From contig JBHGNT010000004.1 in assembly GCA_043228905.1 (NCBI GenBank), positions 11,408,001 through 11,472,000 of the forward strand: a stretch of 64,000 nt of DNA, given 5' to 3'. Shown one piece after another: positions 50,049 through 63,600 of this stretch (position 1 is the stretch's first letter; each line of letters opens with the position of its first letter). The notes under the pieces are model-generated. The model was not told the DNA's origin, ran no database searches, and saw only the letters and a list, made by a program, of their open reading frames with translations. The stretch is from Azolla caroliniana. Taxonomy: Eukaryota; Plantae; Polypodiophyta. The translations under genes and the position numbers were made by a program.

Positions 50049-51678
50049 TCTGATTTTCCAAATGATGTAGTAATCTCAGTAGTAGATTTCACAGAGAATT
50101 ATACTTTCAAGCAGCAAAATGAAATTCAATCCATGCATTGGTGTTCGGTGCAAGTAACCATTTTTGTGCACATAACATATTTTTGAGTTTTAGGTGATGT
50201 TAAGAAAGTAATTCATTTTTTTATTTCTGATGGTAAGAAGCATGTCAATACCTTGTTTGTCCAACACTGTTTTAAGTTACATTGGCAATGGTTATTATGT
50301 CAACGTTTGGAGCTTACTCAACATTGGGTCTGGTCTGACGGAGTTGCATCACAATTCAAGGCTAGACGTCCATTTTATTTTGTTCGGAGGTATTCTTCAG
50401 TAATAGGTTTGGAGATGAGATGGAATTTTATTGGGTCTGGCCATGGTAAAGGTGAACATGATGGAGCTGGTGCAGTTATAAAGCGAGTACTTACCCATGA
50501 ACAAGTAAAGGCACATGGTGTGCATATGAATTGTGTAGCACATGTCGTCAAATTTTTAAGCGCTAATATGTCAATGAGTGCAACTAGTGTTTATTCCTCG
50601 TAGGTCCGAGATATCAAACGTGCAGTTTGGGAAGTGAAGATAGATGAAGTAAATAGGGAGAAGACCTGGAAGTGCCAAGGAATTCCCTAATTGCGATCTC
50701 ACCATGTTGTTCGAGGTTATTCTAGGTTGGATGGTCATTGTATTGCGGTTAGAGAATTAACTTGTTTTTGCTTCCATTGTGTGCAAGAAAATTGGAAGTA
50801 TTGTTTAAACAAAGCATACATTCAGAATTGGGAGTACCATACATTGAATGATAAGGACCGAGCGGATGGAGAAACAAAAAGCAATGTTGACTTCACATAT
50901 CAAGGCCGTGGAGATACTCTGAGTGATGTCAGAAACATTGCGGATAATTTCTCTGTAAATGCAGAAGAAGAAAATTCAGAATATTGAAGTGCATGGTTTG
51001 TAAACAATGGCAACGTAGAATATTGTAGATGCTTGGGATGATTTTGTATCCGCCGAGACATTCTACATCGAAGGTATTTTTTATGCAAGACTAGATGATT
51101 ACGATTATGTGTATAGGCTTTTAGAAGACAAACTAGTAGCGTGCATGTACTCTCATTTGGTCAGGTGCATCAACGTCCTGATGTCGTAATACAATAGTTG
51201 CTCAGATTTATACACAGTTAGTGCTAATGTGTATGTCAAATGTATTTACAATAGTACGCCATGGAATTTGTAACTAAAAGGAGATCATACCCATTTTCTT
51301 ATAAAGTGGACAAAGTAGTTGTTTTGCAAAAAACCAGTTTAATAAAATCGTTTGGGAGTCTTTTTCTATTCTTGTTTCTTAATAAAATCGTGTCTGTTAA
51401 ATGTGTATTGATTACTGTCAGTTTTACTTATTGCAACTTTCAGTTTTAGTGTCTGTTCAATGTGCATAATGACGATTATACTAGCTGGAATACATTTTGT
51501 CAATGGTTTTTTTACTCTCAAGTGAACCATGTACAAGTTCAAACAATTTGCCATTTTGAGAACAACCAGCAGCATGAAATCAGAAATCAATGACCTATTT
51601 TAAAATTACACAATAGATAATTGACTCAAAACAAGAGATTTAATTCTTGATTGATTAATCTGTCATCAAATTACATAT

Positions 51679-53456
51679 TTATATTACACCATTGGCAATG
51701 TCTAGAAAGTGCCTATAAATAGCTAAGCTCTTGTTTATCAGTGGAGCTTCTCTACATATGTGATATGCACACCGAGCTCGGTATGGTGTCCACAACCATG
51801 CAGTTAGTTGGCAGTTTAATATTTTCACCAAGTATTTATCGGGCATTTCGTCGGGTACAATGAGACAACATCTGCGAAGGTTATATTAATGCCAGATATG
51901 TTATGTATCCACAATCAACGTATTGTCGGCATTATATTCGGGCCAGTCTTTTGAATCTTGCAACATCCTTCTGCTCACAATTTCTTGTGTCCATTGACCC
52001 TTGAAGTGTTGTTGCCACTTTGGGAAGAATCTTTCTACACCCTTCCAAACATCTGAACCTCATTTTTCACTCCAAATAAACAAATCAAAGTATTGCACAA
52101 CCCACTCTAGAAATTGATTCGCATCCCTCCTTGGTGTCATATATCGCACACTCATCAGGACTTTATCAAGCTCCAAGATCAAGGCTCGTCTTTCTTCTTC
52201 TAATGGTTTAGGTTTCCATTCCTACAACTGAGCCTCTATTACACCAAGTATTGGTATCACACGATCAATTTCAATCAACTCAGGTTCAACCGACACAATT
52301 GGTGTCCTTTTCCTCTTCAAACCCATAGTCGACTATGTCTTTGGGTCTGGCTTAACATTTTTTGCTCTTGTGTAGTCATTGGGCTTGGCTTCACACTGTT
52401 TTGCTCTTGTATAGTCAACCATGTTATCAGTCCTAGCATTACCTCTATGCATGTAGATACTTCTCTAGTTGATATCAGCCCACTGGTATCACATGTTGCA
52501 TCTACCTACAAAATCATATCATTTGTGCAATATGCTTGATCTACTTGTGTGACCATATCACTTGTGTCAGTTGCTACATCTACTTTCAAGATGGGACCCT
52601 CTAAACATGCAGCAACATCAATAGTTTCCACAATGCCATCGGCCTTAGGAGCAATAGATTCAAACCCTTTAGACTCTGCAACATCAAAAAACACCAATAT
52701 ATTCACACTCACAAAGTAGCTAACAGTCTCACAAAACAACATAATGAACATGACATATTCTACAACAAAATAATACTATTGTCTTAATATCCATCATAGA
52801 GTTCTATTACATAATGTGGATCAAGAAACAACCAATTTGGGGTGCTACTTGTCCAAATAGACCATAGGCCATCTTCATAATTTTCTAAGAAAATAGCTAA
52901 CAGTCATATCCCACTAATCAATAATTGGTAGTAATTAGCTCCAATTCAAGAGCCCCTTGATCGAGTTACTAGTCTTGTCCCCGATCGTGGCCCCTTCTTC
53001 AGCCTTTTTCCAGCCGGTTGCCCATTTAGCCTTGCTTTTTTCACCCATTGCACAAGTGTGTTCTCCTCCAAAAACCTTTCCATCGCCTCAACAGTGGCTT
53101 GCACGTCAGCCACGTCTTGCGATAGTTTTTTAAGTACAGTGGGATCTGGTGGGACATCATTAGCAGATGGACCCGGTGGGGTTAATCAAGGTTTTGGGAT
53201 TCGAAGAAATGTTGCATCAAGTGTTCAAAAACATTGTTTTTATGAACCTCAGATTTACATGTTCTTTCCAATATTGCATGGCTTTTCACAACGTTGCCTA
53301 ATTCAGTACAATCTTCCAAAAGAATAGGGTGGAGCTAATATGAAGGAGATTGGATAACAAAACTCTTACTTTCAGCCACATTACCAGCTATCTCCTCATC
53401 GGTTGCGATGTCATCGGCATCGGACACCTCATGCAACCTCCTTAATCCAGGAGATT
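51679..53456 (-). pseudogene. Multi-exon decayed gene ending in an FCP1/SCP (NIF, HAD-superfamily) phosphatase-like domain
   Basis: Manual translation in one frame gives RALILELDKVL..PRRDANQFLEWVVQYFDLFIWS..WTQE..WPEYNADNTLIVD, with several in-frame stops. Splice-like signals at ~52680, 53384 and 53457. Confidence 0.6.
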
Positions 53457-53469
53457 CTACAACAACATG

Positions 53470-53890
53470 TTAGCTAATTAGTGGTTTCTCTTGTGTTTTT
53501 CTATGACCTTAGCTGAATTTTAAACATGATAGCTAATTAGCTACATGGTAGGTAATTAGCGACCACTCTTGATATTGCTCGATATTGCTACATCTTAGAT
53601 AAATCGTTATTCTTCTTAACTATAGTAATAGCTAATTACCTATCACTCTTGATACCAGTTAGCTAATTAGCCGCTAGACTATAGGTTGGCAGTAGCTAAT
53701 TAACTACCACTTAGCTAATTAGCTACATCTTAGTTAATTAGCTGCTAGACTATAAGTTGGCAGTAGCTAATTAGCTACCATTGAGCTAATTACATACATC
53801 TTAGCTAATTAGCTACCACTTAGCTAATTACATACATCTTAGCTAATTAGCTATTCTTCCTAACTATGGCAGTAGCTAATTAGCTACGAC
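53470..53890. repeat. Second TAGCTAATTAGCTA palindrome array
   Basis: Same motif as 48527-49130. Confidence 0.93.
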
Positions 53891-53903
53891 TCTTGATACT
53901 GCT

Positions 53904-54210
53904 TGTTGAGCGAGCAAGCTCAACCGGATTCAGATCGACATCCGGAAGGATGAGCCGGATTGGTATTCGGATGGTATTCGGAAACAACCAACCGGATCGG
54001 AGAGCCGGATTCGAGCGGGAACCGGAAGCCTAGTAGTAGCCTAGACTACTAGGTAATCATTGTCTCGTAGTTAGTATTAGTCGCTCATATGAGCATTGAA
54101 GTACTTGTCAGTACTTCTGTCAGTTCTTTATGTACCTTGTATAAATAGTGTTGTTATAGCATATTGTATGTACAGAGTTTTAGAGTTATTTTGAATTGAG
54201 TTTATGTTCT

Positions 54211-54258
<48 letters not shown>

Positions 54259-57200
54259 GCGTATACTCTATGTGTATTAAGCTTCTCCATCAAACCTCTT
54301 ATTCTCTATTGCTATCCGGCTGAGCCAGTTCTGTGTAACGCTTCCGCACATTTACTTTAACATGGTATCCGAGTGCGAGGGTTGAGAAACTCTGCAACCG
54401 ACAATTGCTTTCGTAGACGAACCCTAGAACCCGGTAACAACAGACAAAAAGAAGATATGGACAGAGGAATGGCGAGCTCACTTCCAACAAAGAAGCTCGA
54501 CCGGAGCAACTACGCATCCTGGTCATAGAAGATGCACCAGTACTTGCTAGGGCATGGATATTGGAGTTTCGTGGAAGGAACGAACGAGGTAGTGCTGGAG
54601 CCGGCACACGAGGACTTCCTGGTATGGGAGGAAGGAGCGACCCGAGTATTGTACTGCCTCACGTCCTTTGTGCATGAACATATGCTCAGCTACATAAAGG
54701 ATGCAAAAATGCCGAAGGAGGCTCGGGGAAATATGAGGAAGATTTTCGTCGCGAGTACTTCGGCCTGTAAGTTGCAGCTCCGGCAAGAGATGAACAACAT
54801 CCAGCAAACAGACATGTTAGTTACGGATTACACCACCAAGATAAAGGATATTTGTGACACACTCGGGTCCATCAGGGTGTTGGTGGATGAAGAAGACATG
54901 GTACAAATCTGCCTCGGTGGTCTAGCGCAAAGGTATGGGCCAATCCGGACAACGGTCTGCACTCGGGAGAAACCACCTTCTTTCGTCGACTTGCAATCGA
55001 TGATGATGGTCGAAGGAAACCACGTGAGTGGGTCCAAGACCACTCAATTGAACGACCGGATGCTGTACACGGAGACAGATTGGCCCCATGGATGTGGTGG
55101 ACGAGGTGGGTCGGCACGAAATGGAGGCGGCCGACAAGAGCACGGCCGAAGGCACAGAGGTAGTGCTGACAACAGTTCCGGACCCTCCACAAGCAGGGGA
55201 AGTCAAAGCGGCATTGGGAACCGACAAGGAAAGGCTGACACGGAATGCTGGTACTGTGGCAAAAAGGGCCACATGGAAAGCGAGTGTTGGAAGAAGCACG
55301 CCAACTCGAACAAACCCAGATCCGGCAAAACTGGTCTGCAAAGCTCGCACTACGCAAAAGGATCGGAAGGTCCGGAACCGGCAAGTCCGGTAAAGGGCCA
55401 GCCTTTGTGATGAAGCACAAGGATAACTTGATGCAGAAGACTACTTCCAAATCGGAGGAAGCATGGTACGTTGATTGTGGAGCATTGAACCACATGATGA
55501 GCCACAAAGAATGGTTCTCTTTTCTAGAGAAACCGGATCAACTGGGAGTTGTCGAAACCCGAGATGACGCTCCTCACCCGATTGTGCATGTCGGAGAAGT
55601 CCCTTTGAGGCATGTCGGATAGAGGGGGAAATTGATGAACGTATTACACATTCTAACAATCACAAAGAACCTGGTGTTGGTCGGACAAATCGTCAACTAG
55701 GGGATGCAAGTGCGGTTTACGCACCTCGGGTGCTTCATCGAGGAAGAAGGCCGAATAATTGCGCAAGGGCGCAGAGAAGGGAGGATGTTCATCCTCAACA
55801 CTAATGACGTAGGCACCACTATTTTTGCAAAAGGGTAGAAGGTCGAGTCAGACATCGACCTGTGGCACAAGCGGATCGGCCACGTGAACTACTGGAGACT
55901 TCAAGACCTGCAATTAAAACAAGTCGTTTTCTGTTTGCCGAAATTTAGTGGCCGGAAGGGCCAAATTTGTGAAGCCTACCAACTCGGGAAGCAACGTCGG
56001 TTTCCATTCCCCACCGAACGAAACCGGAGCCGTAACAAGCTCAATCTAATACATTCGGATGTCTAGGGCCCGGCATAGAACTTTAGTCCTGGCGGGAGTC
56101 AATACTTTGTCTCCTTCATCGACGACTACAACCGCTACACGTGGATCTACCTCATCGAACGGAAGCACGAAGTCTTCATATGTTTCTGGAACTTGCAAAG
56201 CTTAGTTGAACGGGAAACGGAGAGGAAGGTCAAGTGCTTGCGGTCGGATGACAGAAAAGGATACTTTTCCAGCCAATTCAACAGTTATCTGCACCATAAG
56301 TGAATTTGGAGAGAATTCAGTTGCAGATACACACCGGAGCAAAACGATGTGGCCGAAAGGAAGAACCGGGCGATTGTCGACGCGGCAAGGGCAATGCTAG
56401 AGGAGAAGAGCATGCCCCATTTCTACTAGGTTGATTTAGTTCGGACGACCGTCTACATCCAAAACCGGAGTGGTGACAAGGTGTCAACACACGAGTTGTA
56501 TTTCGGGTGTAAGCCGAATTTGAGACATCTTTGGATATTCAACAGCATAGCATATGTGCATGTACCGGATGAGAAGCAGAGGAAGCTTGATCCGAAGTCG
56601 GAGAAGTGCATCCTGGTCCGACTCGATTACTCGCATGAGTAGAAGGGGTATAAGTGCTATAACCCCCGAACGAAGCAGGTCCGAGTAAGCCGAGATGTTG
56701 AGTTTGACGAGACGACATCGTGACTCCCTACCGACTCCAACTTCCGACTCTGAGCCAATCACGGAGTATGAGGCCAGTGAGCTTGAACCGGTCCAGATAG
56801 AAGATGACGAGCTTGAGACTCTAGAAGAGAGTCCGGAATCGTTTCGGTTGAGTGGACTGAACGGGCAATTGGGTCAAAGTGACCAGTCGGATGAGGAACC
56901 GGCGAGTAGTGGAGACTCTGCCGTGCTCTCCCCGCGCAAGGAACCGAGGAGACGGTTCTCGGGCAAAGAGAAAGGGAAGTAAAAAATGTCGGAATACGAA
57001 GCCAACAATGTTGAGTCGGATCGGAGCGAATCCGACTCCGGAAAGGATGAAGGCGGATCTTCCGGAACGAAGTTCGAACCGGCCAAGAAGGGCCCCAAAC
57101 CGGGTGATGACAAGTTACGTTGGTCTTCCCGCCCGAAGAACCCCATTACACGGTACGAGTACACATCACTATGCGTACATGACCAAAGTGGCAGAAGTGC

Positions 57201-58190
57201 GTGAGCCGGAGAGCTACGCAAAAGCGGCAAAGGACACAAATTTGCGTGCCGCTATGGAAGAAGAAATGCGGGCACTTGATGCCAATGACACGGTAAACCG
57301 ATCGGTTGCAAATGGGTGTACAAGGTAAAGTACAATGCCGATGGTTTGGTTCACCGGTACAAGGCCTGGTTTGTGGCGAAGGGATACGCACAGACCCACG
57401 GAATCAACTACGACGAGACCTTCGCTCCGGTAGCGAAGATGAAGACGGTTCGTGTGGTACTAGTGGTTGTTGCAGCAAGGGGGTTACATTTTCACCAAAT
57501 GGACGTGAAGAATGTGTTTCTTCAAGGTGATCTGGAAGAACGGGTCTATATGATCCAACCTCCCGGTTTTCAGTCGAATATGCAGAAATCGGCGGTGTGC
57601 CAGCTTAAGAAATCGCTTTACGGTCTGAAGCAAGCCCCTCGAGCTTGGAATGCGAAGATCACGCACCGGTTGCGTAAGATGGGGTTTGCGGCCTCAAAGT
57701 CCTACACTTCATTGTTCATCCGGAATGGTCCGGACGGTCCGGTGTGCATCTTACTTTATGTAGATGATTTAGTCATCACCGAACCCGGACTCATTGAAAT
57801 CGGCTGAGTGAAGTCCCAGCTATCGGATGCATTTGAGATGAAGGACCTGGGGGACCTTCATTATTTCCTTGGCATTGAGGTGATCTGAACCCCCGATGGC
57901 ATATTGCTCGCACAATGACACTATGTGTTGAATATGTTATACAAGTTCGGCATGACGGAATACCGACCTATCTCCACACCCCTGGACTCGAACCAGAAGC
58001 TTTGTCCCAACTCCGGGTTGGTCTACAATGAGAAACGGTTCCGAAAAATAGTCGGAAGTCTAATATACTTCACAATCACCTGACCCGACATCAGTTATCT
58101 GGTTAGTGTGATCAGCCAATTAATGTAGAACCCAACCGTGGAGCACCTTCAATGCGCGCATCGAATATTGTGGTATGTAAGCGGCACAGA
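53904..58190 (+). mobile_element. Copia family E element, 3'-truncated: LTR 53904-54362, degenerate Met PBS, gag-PR-INT-RT
   Basis: TGTTGAG..TTTAACA-TGGTATC, CWYCGKKGHMESEC, WYVDCGA, IHSDV, YKAWFVAKGY and LYVDD. Confidence 0.92.
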
Positions 58191-58193
58191 CTT

Positions 58194-60558
58194 CTACAGT
58201 CGTGACTGCCATGACACTACTGCCCCTGCATAGGTCATCACGTATCCTGACGTGGATCGGCTTGAGTCAACATCTCCTGACATGTCTGAATCGGTAAAAC
58301 CTTCCAGCATAGGTTTTCCAACACCATACCTTAGCCACACCCCCGAGGTGCCCTTTAAGTACCTGAGTTTCCATTTCAGCGTTGCCCAATGTTCTCTCCC
58401 TGGATTACTCATATATCGGCTTACAACTCCCACAAAAAATGCTATGTCCAGTCTTGTACAGACCATAGCATACATTGAACTATTGACGGCTGAGCCAAAT
58501 GGTACCTTCTTCATCTCAGCCTTTTACTTCTGCCCTTTCAGAAACTGCTTCGCATTCAATCTGCAATTTTTCGACAACACGGAGCCGACCGGCTTTGAAT
58601 CTAACATGTTGAACCTCGGTAGGATCGTCATCACATACTTCTATTGTGACAACCATAGCACCTTCTGAGCTCTGTCTCGGGTTATTTGCATTCCTAGGAT
58701 TTGCTTTGCCGGTCCAAGATCTTTCAGGGCAAATGATTTGACAAGAGCTTTCTTCAAGCTTCCAATCTTCCTTGTGTCTTGACTGACTATCAACATATCA
58801 TCAACATATAGCAAGAGAATCAAGAAATCTCCTTCCTCGTACCTCTTGACGAACACATAGTGATCGGCCTGTGTTTTCTGGAACTGATGTTCCGTCATGA
58901 AGGACTTGGATTTCTTGTACCATTGGCGTGGAGCTTGTTTCAGTCCGTACAAGCTTTTCCTCACTCGACACACCATATTCTCTTTTCCTTTCTCCTCAAA
59001 GCTTTCGGGTTGCTGCATGTAGATTTCTTCTTCTAGCTCCCCCTGCAGAAATGCGGTTTTGACATCCAACTGTTCGATCTCCAGATCCATGCTGGCCACT
59101 CTGCTTAGAACAGAAGTTCCTCATTGCTCATAACAATGGCCAAAGTGTTCTTTTCATCCGGAATTTTCCGGAGTTCGACATTATTTCTGACACTCTTGTC
59201 TTTTCTCATGTGTCGCCAGTCCAGGTTTTCCACAATAAAAGCATATAGGTTTACCTCTGGACTTCGATCTAGCATGGGATTTGTCCATTCGCTGCGGATG
59301 TCATGAACACATGACCATTATGGCATCACCCGGACTTGAACCTCGAACCTTGTAATCCATACTTGAAAACCTGAACCATTAAGATAGCTTATTGTTATAT
59401 GAAACAATAAAACCTACTTCTTGTATTACATTGATTATTGTAAAACCTCTAGATTATTCTAGAATGTTCTAGAATGTCCTAGAGCATTCTAGGTCTAGAA
59501 CATTCTAGAACATTCTTGAAATCTCTAAGCTATTTTATAGGAACCTATAAATAAGGGCATACATGTATTCTCAAATCAATTCGAATCAACAACAGTCTTT
59601 AGCTCTCATTACATATCTTGTATCCATTCTCTTTCTTTCTCTATCTTATACATCCATTCTTCTCTTAGTATTTCGTTCCTTTCTTCTCATGTTCTCTAAT
59701 ATCCTTCTTCCATCACTCTATCTTTTATCCTTGGTTTTGATAGCGGACTTCTTCTTCGTCGGTCCATTCCTCTGTCCATATGTTGAGTCAGATTGGACTC
59801 CGTTTGGGACAGAACTCCTTTGTCTTTCCTCGCCTCCTCATTTAGGATGCTTGTATTCACTGTCTGTAAAGACAAGTTCTCTTCTTGACAGGAGGTGCTG
59901 AGAGTAACCACCAGGTTCTCCCAGCTTTTCGGTAGTGTGCGCATCATCAGGATGGCCTACATCGCATCATCCAGGGAAAACTTGGTTGTGACAAGTTGAT
60001 TTACATACCCCATAAATGTGCTGATGTGTTCGACGATGCTCTCCCCGTCCCTTTATAGATGATTACAACACTCTGTCGAGTGTATTAGCCGCACAGGGGT
60101 CTTCGCGTCTGTTGTTACACACAAAACTATGGCGCGGCTCTCCTCTCTCTCACTCTATACTCCACACAACTTCTGCTCTTACACCGTTCTGCACACACGT
60201 AAAGTTTGCCCTAGTTGTATATATATACTTACACAACTTTCTGGCTATTTACATACATAGTCCTCATAGGGTGCACACTTAGACTATTTACAATTATAGT
60301 CTCCCGAGTTGGCTATATACACGATTCCGGTTTCGGCCTCGGCCGAGTGTCTCATCAACTCAACTCCTCTCTCTCTCCATCCGAGAGACCTATTTCCTAA
60401 CATCATCATCATTATTATTACTATAATAATAACGGTCGACTCACTGTTTTCGACTCTTCGATTATCGGCTTTCCGAATAGTCGGATCTTCCCTATCATCG
60501 ATTGTCAGCTTTCCGATCAATCGGCTCTTCCTCCCACTAGAGGGACATATTCCCAACA
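58194..60558 (-). mobile_element. Deleted copia (family D-like): LTR remnant ~60065-60558, gag fragments and RT
   Basis: TGTTGGGAATATGTCCC start on the minus strand at 60558. TLPKSWENLVVTLS, QLDVKTAFL, LLYVDDML and SRSTSGY. Confidence 0.82.
59299..59742 (+). mobile_element. Solo LTR of a third chromovirus-type family (F)
   Basis: TGTCATGA...TTGATA with perfect TSD GCGGA. It shares the TGTCATGA start, TTCTAGAA palindromes, TATA and antisense A/B box layout with family A/B LTRs. Confidence 0.88.
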
Positions 60559-60647
60559 AAGTGATCCAGAAGGACACCCTGTATTAGTGGCTGGTCCAGC
60601 CCAAGAATAACAAAGTTTTGGTGACCACGATTCCTGTAGAGTGCAGT

Positions 60648-63600
60648 TGTCAAGAATAGTACTAAAGCAGAGATGGAATTAGTACTAAGAAGAGTAGTAC
60701 TATTAGTACTAAGAGGATGGGACAGCGTAATATTCCCGAGAGAGAGGAAGTGAGAAGAGGAGAGAGAGAAATAAGATGATGACAACAACTCTTATATTAT
60801 ATGAAAGATAAGTACAAATCGGCTAAGAGGCTTAAGACTGGTGTTGAACCAATTTGGTTCAACATAATATCTAGTGCCCTCTTTTATAGTGTTCTCAGGA
60901 ATAATCCTGAAGCTTCTAGAATGTTCCAGAGAGATCTGGAATATACATCAATTTTCTATGATAAAGCATAAATGAAAATAATATCCTACGTATTACAATT
61001 CATAGTCTAATGGTAAGAGCTCGACCCATGTAGCATAAGGTCATGGGTTCGAGTCTTGCCATATCATGACACTATCTCCCCCTTAAAGACGACGAGTGGA
61101 ACGAGTCGGCGCTGATTGCGGACCGGGTTTGTCCGGATACTTTCAGTGGAAATCAGCAAGAAGATCTTGAGCATTGGCAACATGCTCGACGGGTTCCCAA
61201 GTACCTTCGCTCGGACTATAACCGAGCCAATCGACCAAGTAATAAAGTTTGTTGCGAACAAGTTTGGAATCAAGGATGGCAGCAACTTCATACTTCGGGC
61301 CGGCGTCCAACTCCAGCGGGGGCGGCGGCGGTGTCACACGATCGGGAATGGTGTTGGCTTTATAAGGTTCAAGAAGAGAACAATGGAAAACCGGATGTAT
61401 CTAAAGCTGCGGAGGGAGATCAAGGTGGAAGGTGACATCATTAATCTTACCCGTAATACAGAAGGGACCGAATCGTTGATAATCCAACTTGTCGCACGGT
61501 CGAGTAGTCTTGATGTGACGACGTCAGAGCCATACTCGATCTCCGATGGCAAAAGAGGAGGGAATCCGATGACGATCCGCATAAGTCTTCTGTGTGTGTT
61601 GAGCATGACGAAGGTGAGTAGAGAGATCCATCTGGATCTTGCGTAGCCTCTCCAAATGATCCTCGGCACGAGGGTTGGTAGGTAGCTCCGGAGTGTCGAT
61701 CACCGACCAACAAGGATGGAAACCGGTATAAGCGAAAAATGGGGAGACCCGAGTCGAGGAGTGAATAGCATTATTATACGCAAACTCCGCAAAGTGGAGA
61801 ATCTCGGCCCAATCGTCCTGTTGATAACTCAGGAAACACCGGAGATATTGCTCCAGCGTTTGGTTTGTTCGTTCCGCCTGCCCGTTGGTCTGAGGATGGT
61901 AGCCGGAGGAGAGGTTGCAGGAGACCTTGAGCATCTTGAAGAGATGCTGCCAAAATTTGGAGACAAATTGCGGGCCTCGGTCATTGATAATACTGTCTGG
62001 GAGGCCATGATGCCGAAATACCTCACGCATAACAAGAGCGGCGGTTTCCTCGCTAGTGATGGCTTTAGTACATGGCACAAAATGTGCCATCTTCGTATAT
62101 CGATCGACGACGGTTAGGATAGCATCGAACCCCTTCGAGACCAGCAGATCTGTGATAAAATCAAGACAAATAGACTGCCACGGCTTACTTGGAATCGGTA
62201 AGGGTTCCAACAAGCCATATGGATGGTGTCGTGGCATCTTTGCTTGGCTGCAAGCATCACAAGTCCGAACGTAGTTGTCGACAAAACGGCGCATGTGGGG
62301 CCACCAAAAAGATCGTTGCACTAGCTCCAACGTCTTAGTACTACCGAAATGTCCCGCCATATGAGTGTCGTGACAATGTTGGACGATTTGAAGGCGACAG
62401 GAGCAATCGGGGACATGTACGCGCTTTTTAAAGAATAACAAACCATCATGATATTCGAATTGTCGGTAGTCAATACCTGGTTGTTGAGACTGAGAACAGG
62501 ATGCCCGAGAAGTATCAATGTGCGCCAGGATGTCTTGAGCAAAACTATCCGTCTTCAAGGTTGCATGTATGTCATCGGTAATCCGTGAATCCATCGGGGT
62601 GTGAAAAATCCGCGTCGTGTGCAATCGTGTTGGTCCCAAGATTACTTGCTTTTGATTATCAAATGTTGCATCACCAGGACGAGGTGCAAGATATGAACGT
62701 CGTGATAGTGCATCTGCTTTTCCTTGCTGCTTCCCCGGTCGATATGTGATTTTGAAGTCGAAACGCGTGAGGAATTGCGCCCACCGAGCTTGTCGTCGAT
62801 TTAGTACGCGAACGTTTTGAAAATAAGCAAGATTTTTATGATCGCTAAAGACAATGACCTGGTGTGGAGAGCCGTCTAAGAAATGCCGCGATTGTACAAA
62901 TGAATCCACGATGGCTAATAACTCCTTGTCATGTATTTCGTAGTTGATTTCTGCGACATAGAATTTGCGCGAATGGAAAGCCACCGGATGCAAATCTTCT
63001 TTATCGCCTTGTTGAGAAAGGATGCTACTGAGGGCGAAATCTGATGCGTCGGCCTCCATGATGAATGGTTTGCTTGTATCCACATGAGCTAGAATCGGTG
63101 CTGATGTAAAGGCTTTCTTAAGATGCCGAAAAGCCATATCTGCTTCTATGGACCAAAGAAATGCTTGGCCCTTCTTCGTAAGTTGTGTGAGAGGTAAAAT
63201 AATCTTCGAGTAATCCTGTATAAACTTACGGTAGAAGTTAGCAAAACCTAGAAAACATTGTACATCTCGTATCGACCGTGGAATTTGCCACTCTAGTACA
63301 GTTTGGATTTTAGCTGGATCCATGGCGATGCCCTTTGAGGAGATGACGTAGCCTAGAAATTCCACTTGCTTGCAGTCAAAGCTACATTTTTCTAGCTTGG
63401 CATAAAGACCATTCTCGCGGAGTCGCTTTAGTACTAATAGTACATGAGAATCGTGCTCTTCCTGGGTCTTCGAATAAATCAATAGAGCATCCAGATAAAT
63501 GATCAAACAGATATCCAAGAGGTCTCTGAATATATCATTTGCCATGTGTTGGAAGACTGTGGGTGCATTGGTTAGGCCAAACAGGATAACAGTATACTTG

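Larger units (their letters stand above)
47749..51200 (+). pseudogene. Sola2-like DDD transposase with one intron (~48527-49175)
   Basis: HPNIKV..FESLKP..TCCCIYH, C..GLC.DC, VVDFTENY..EIQSMHW, WSDG.ASQFK, WNF.GSGHGKGEHDGAG..IKR and CFCFHC. Acceptor TTATGCAG at ~49175. Confidence 0.75.

Noticed and set aside
61116-62274. Antisense ORFs over gypsy and copia pol regions (also 585-1310, 30076-30722, 54872-55507)
   Set aside because: These are shadow frames of retroelement coding sequence and are not conserved between copies.
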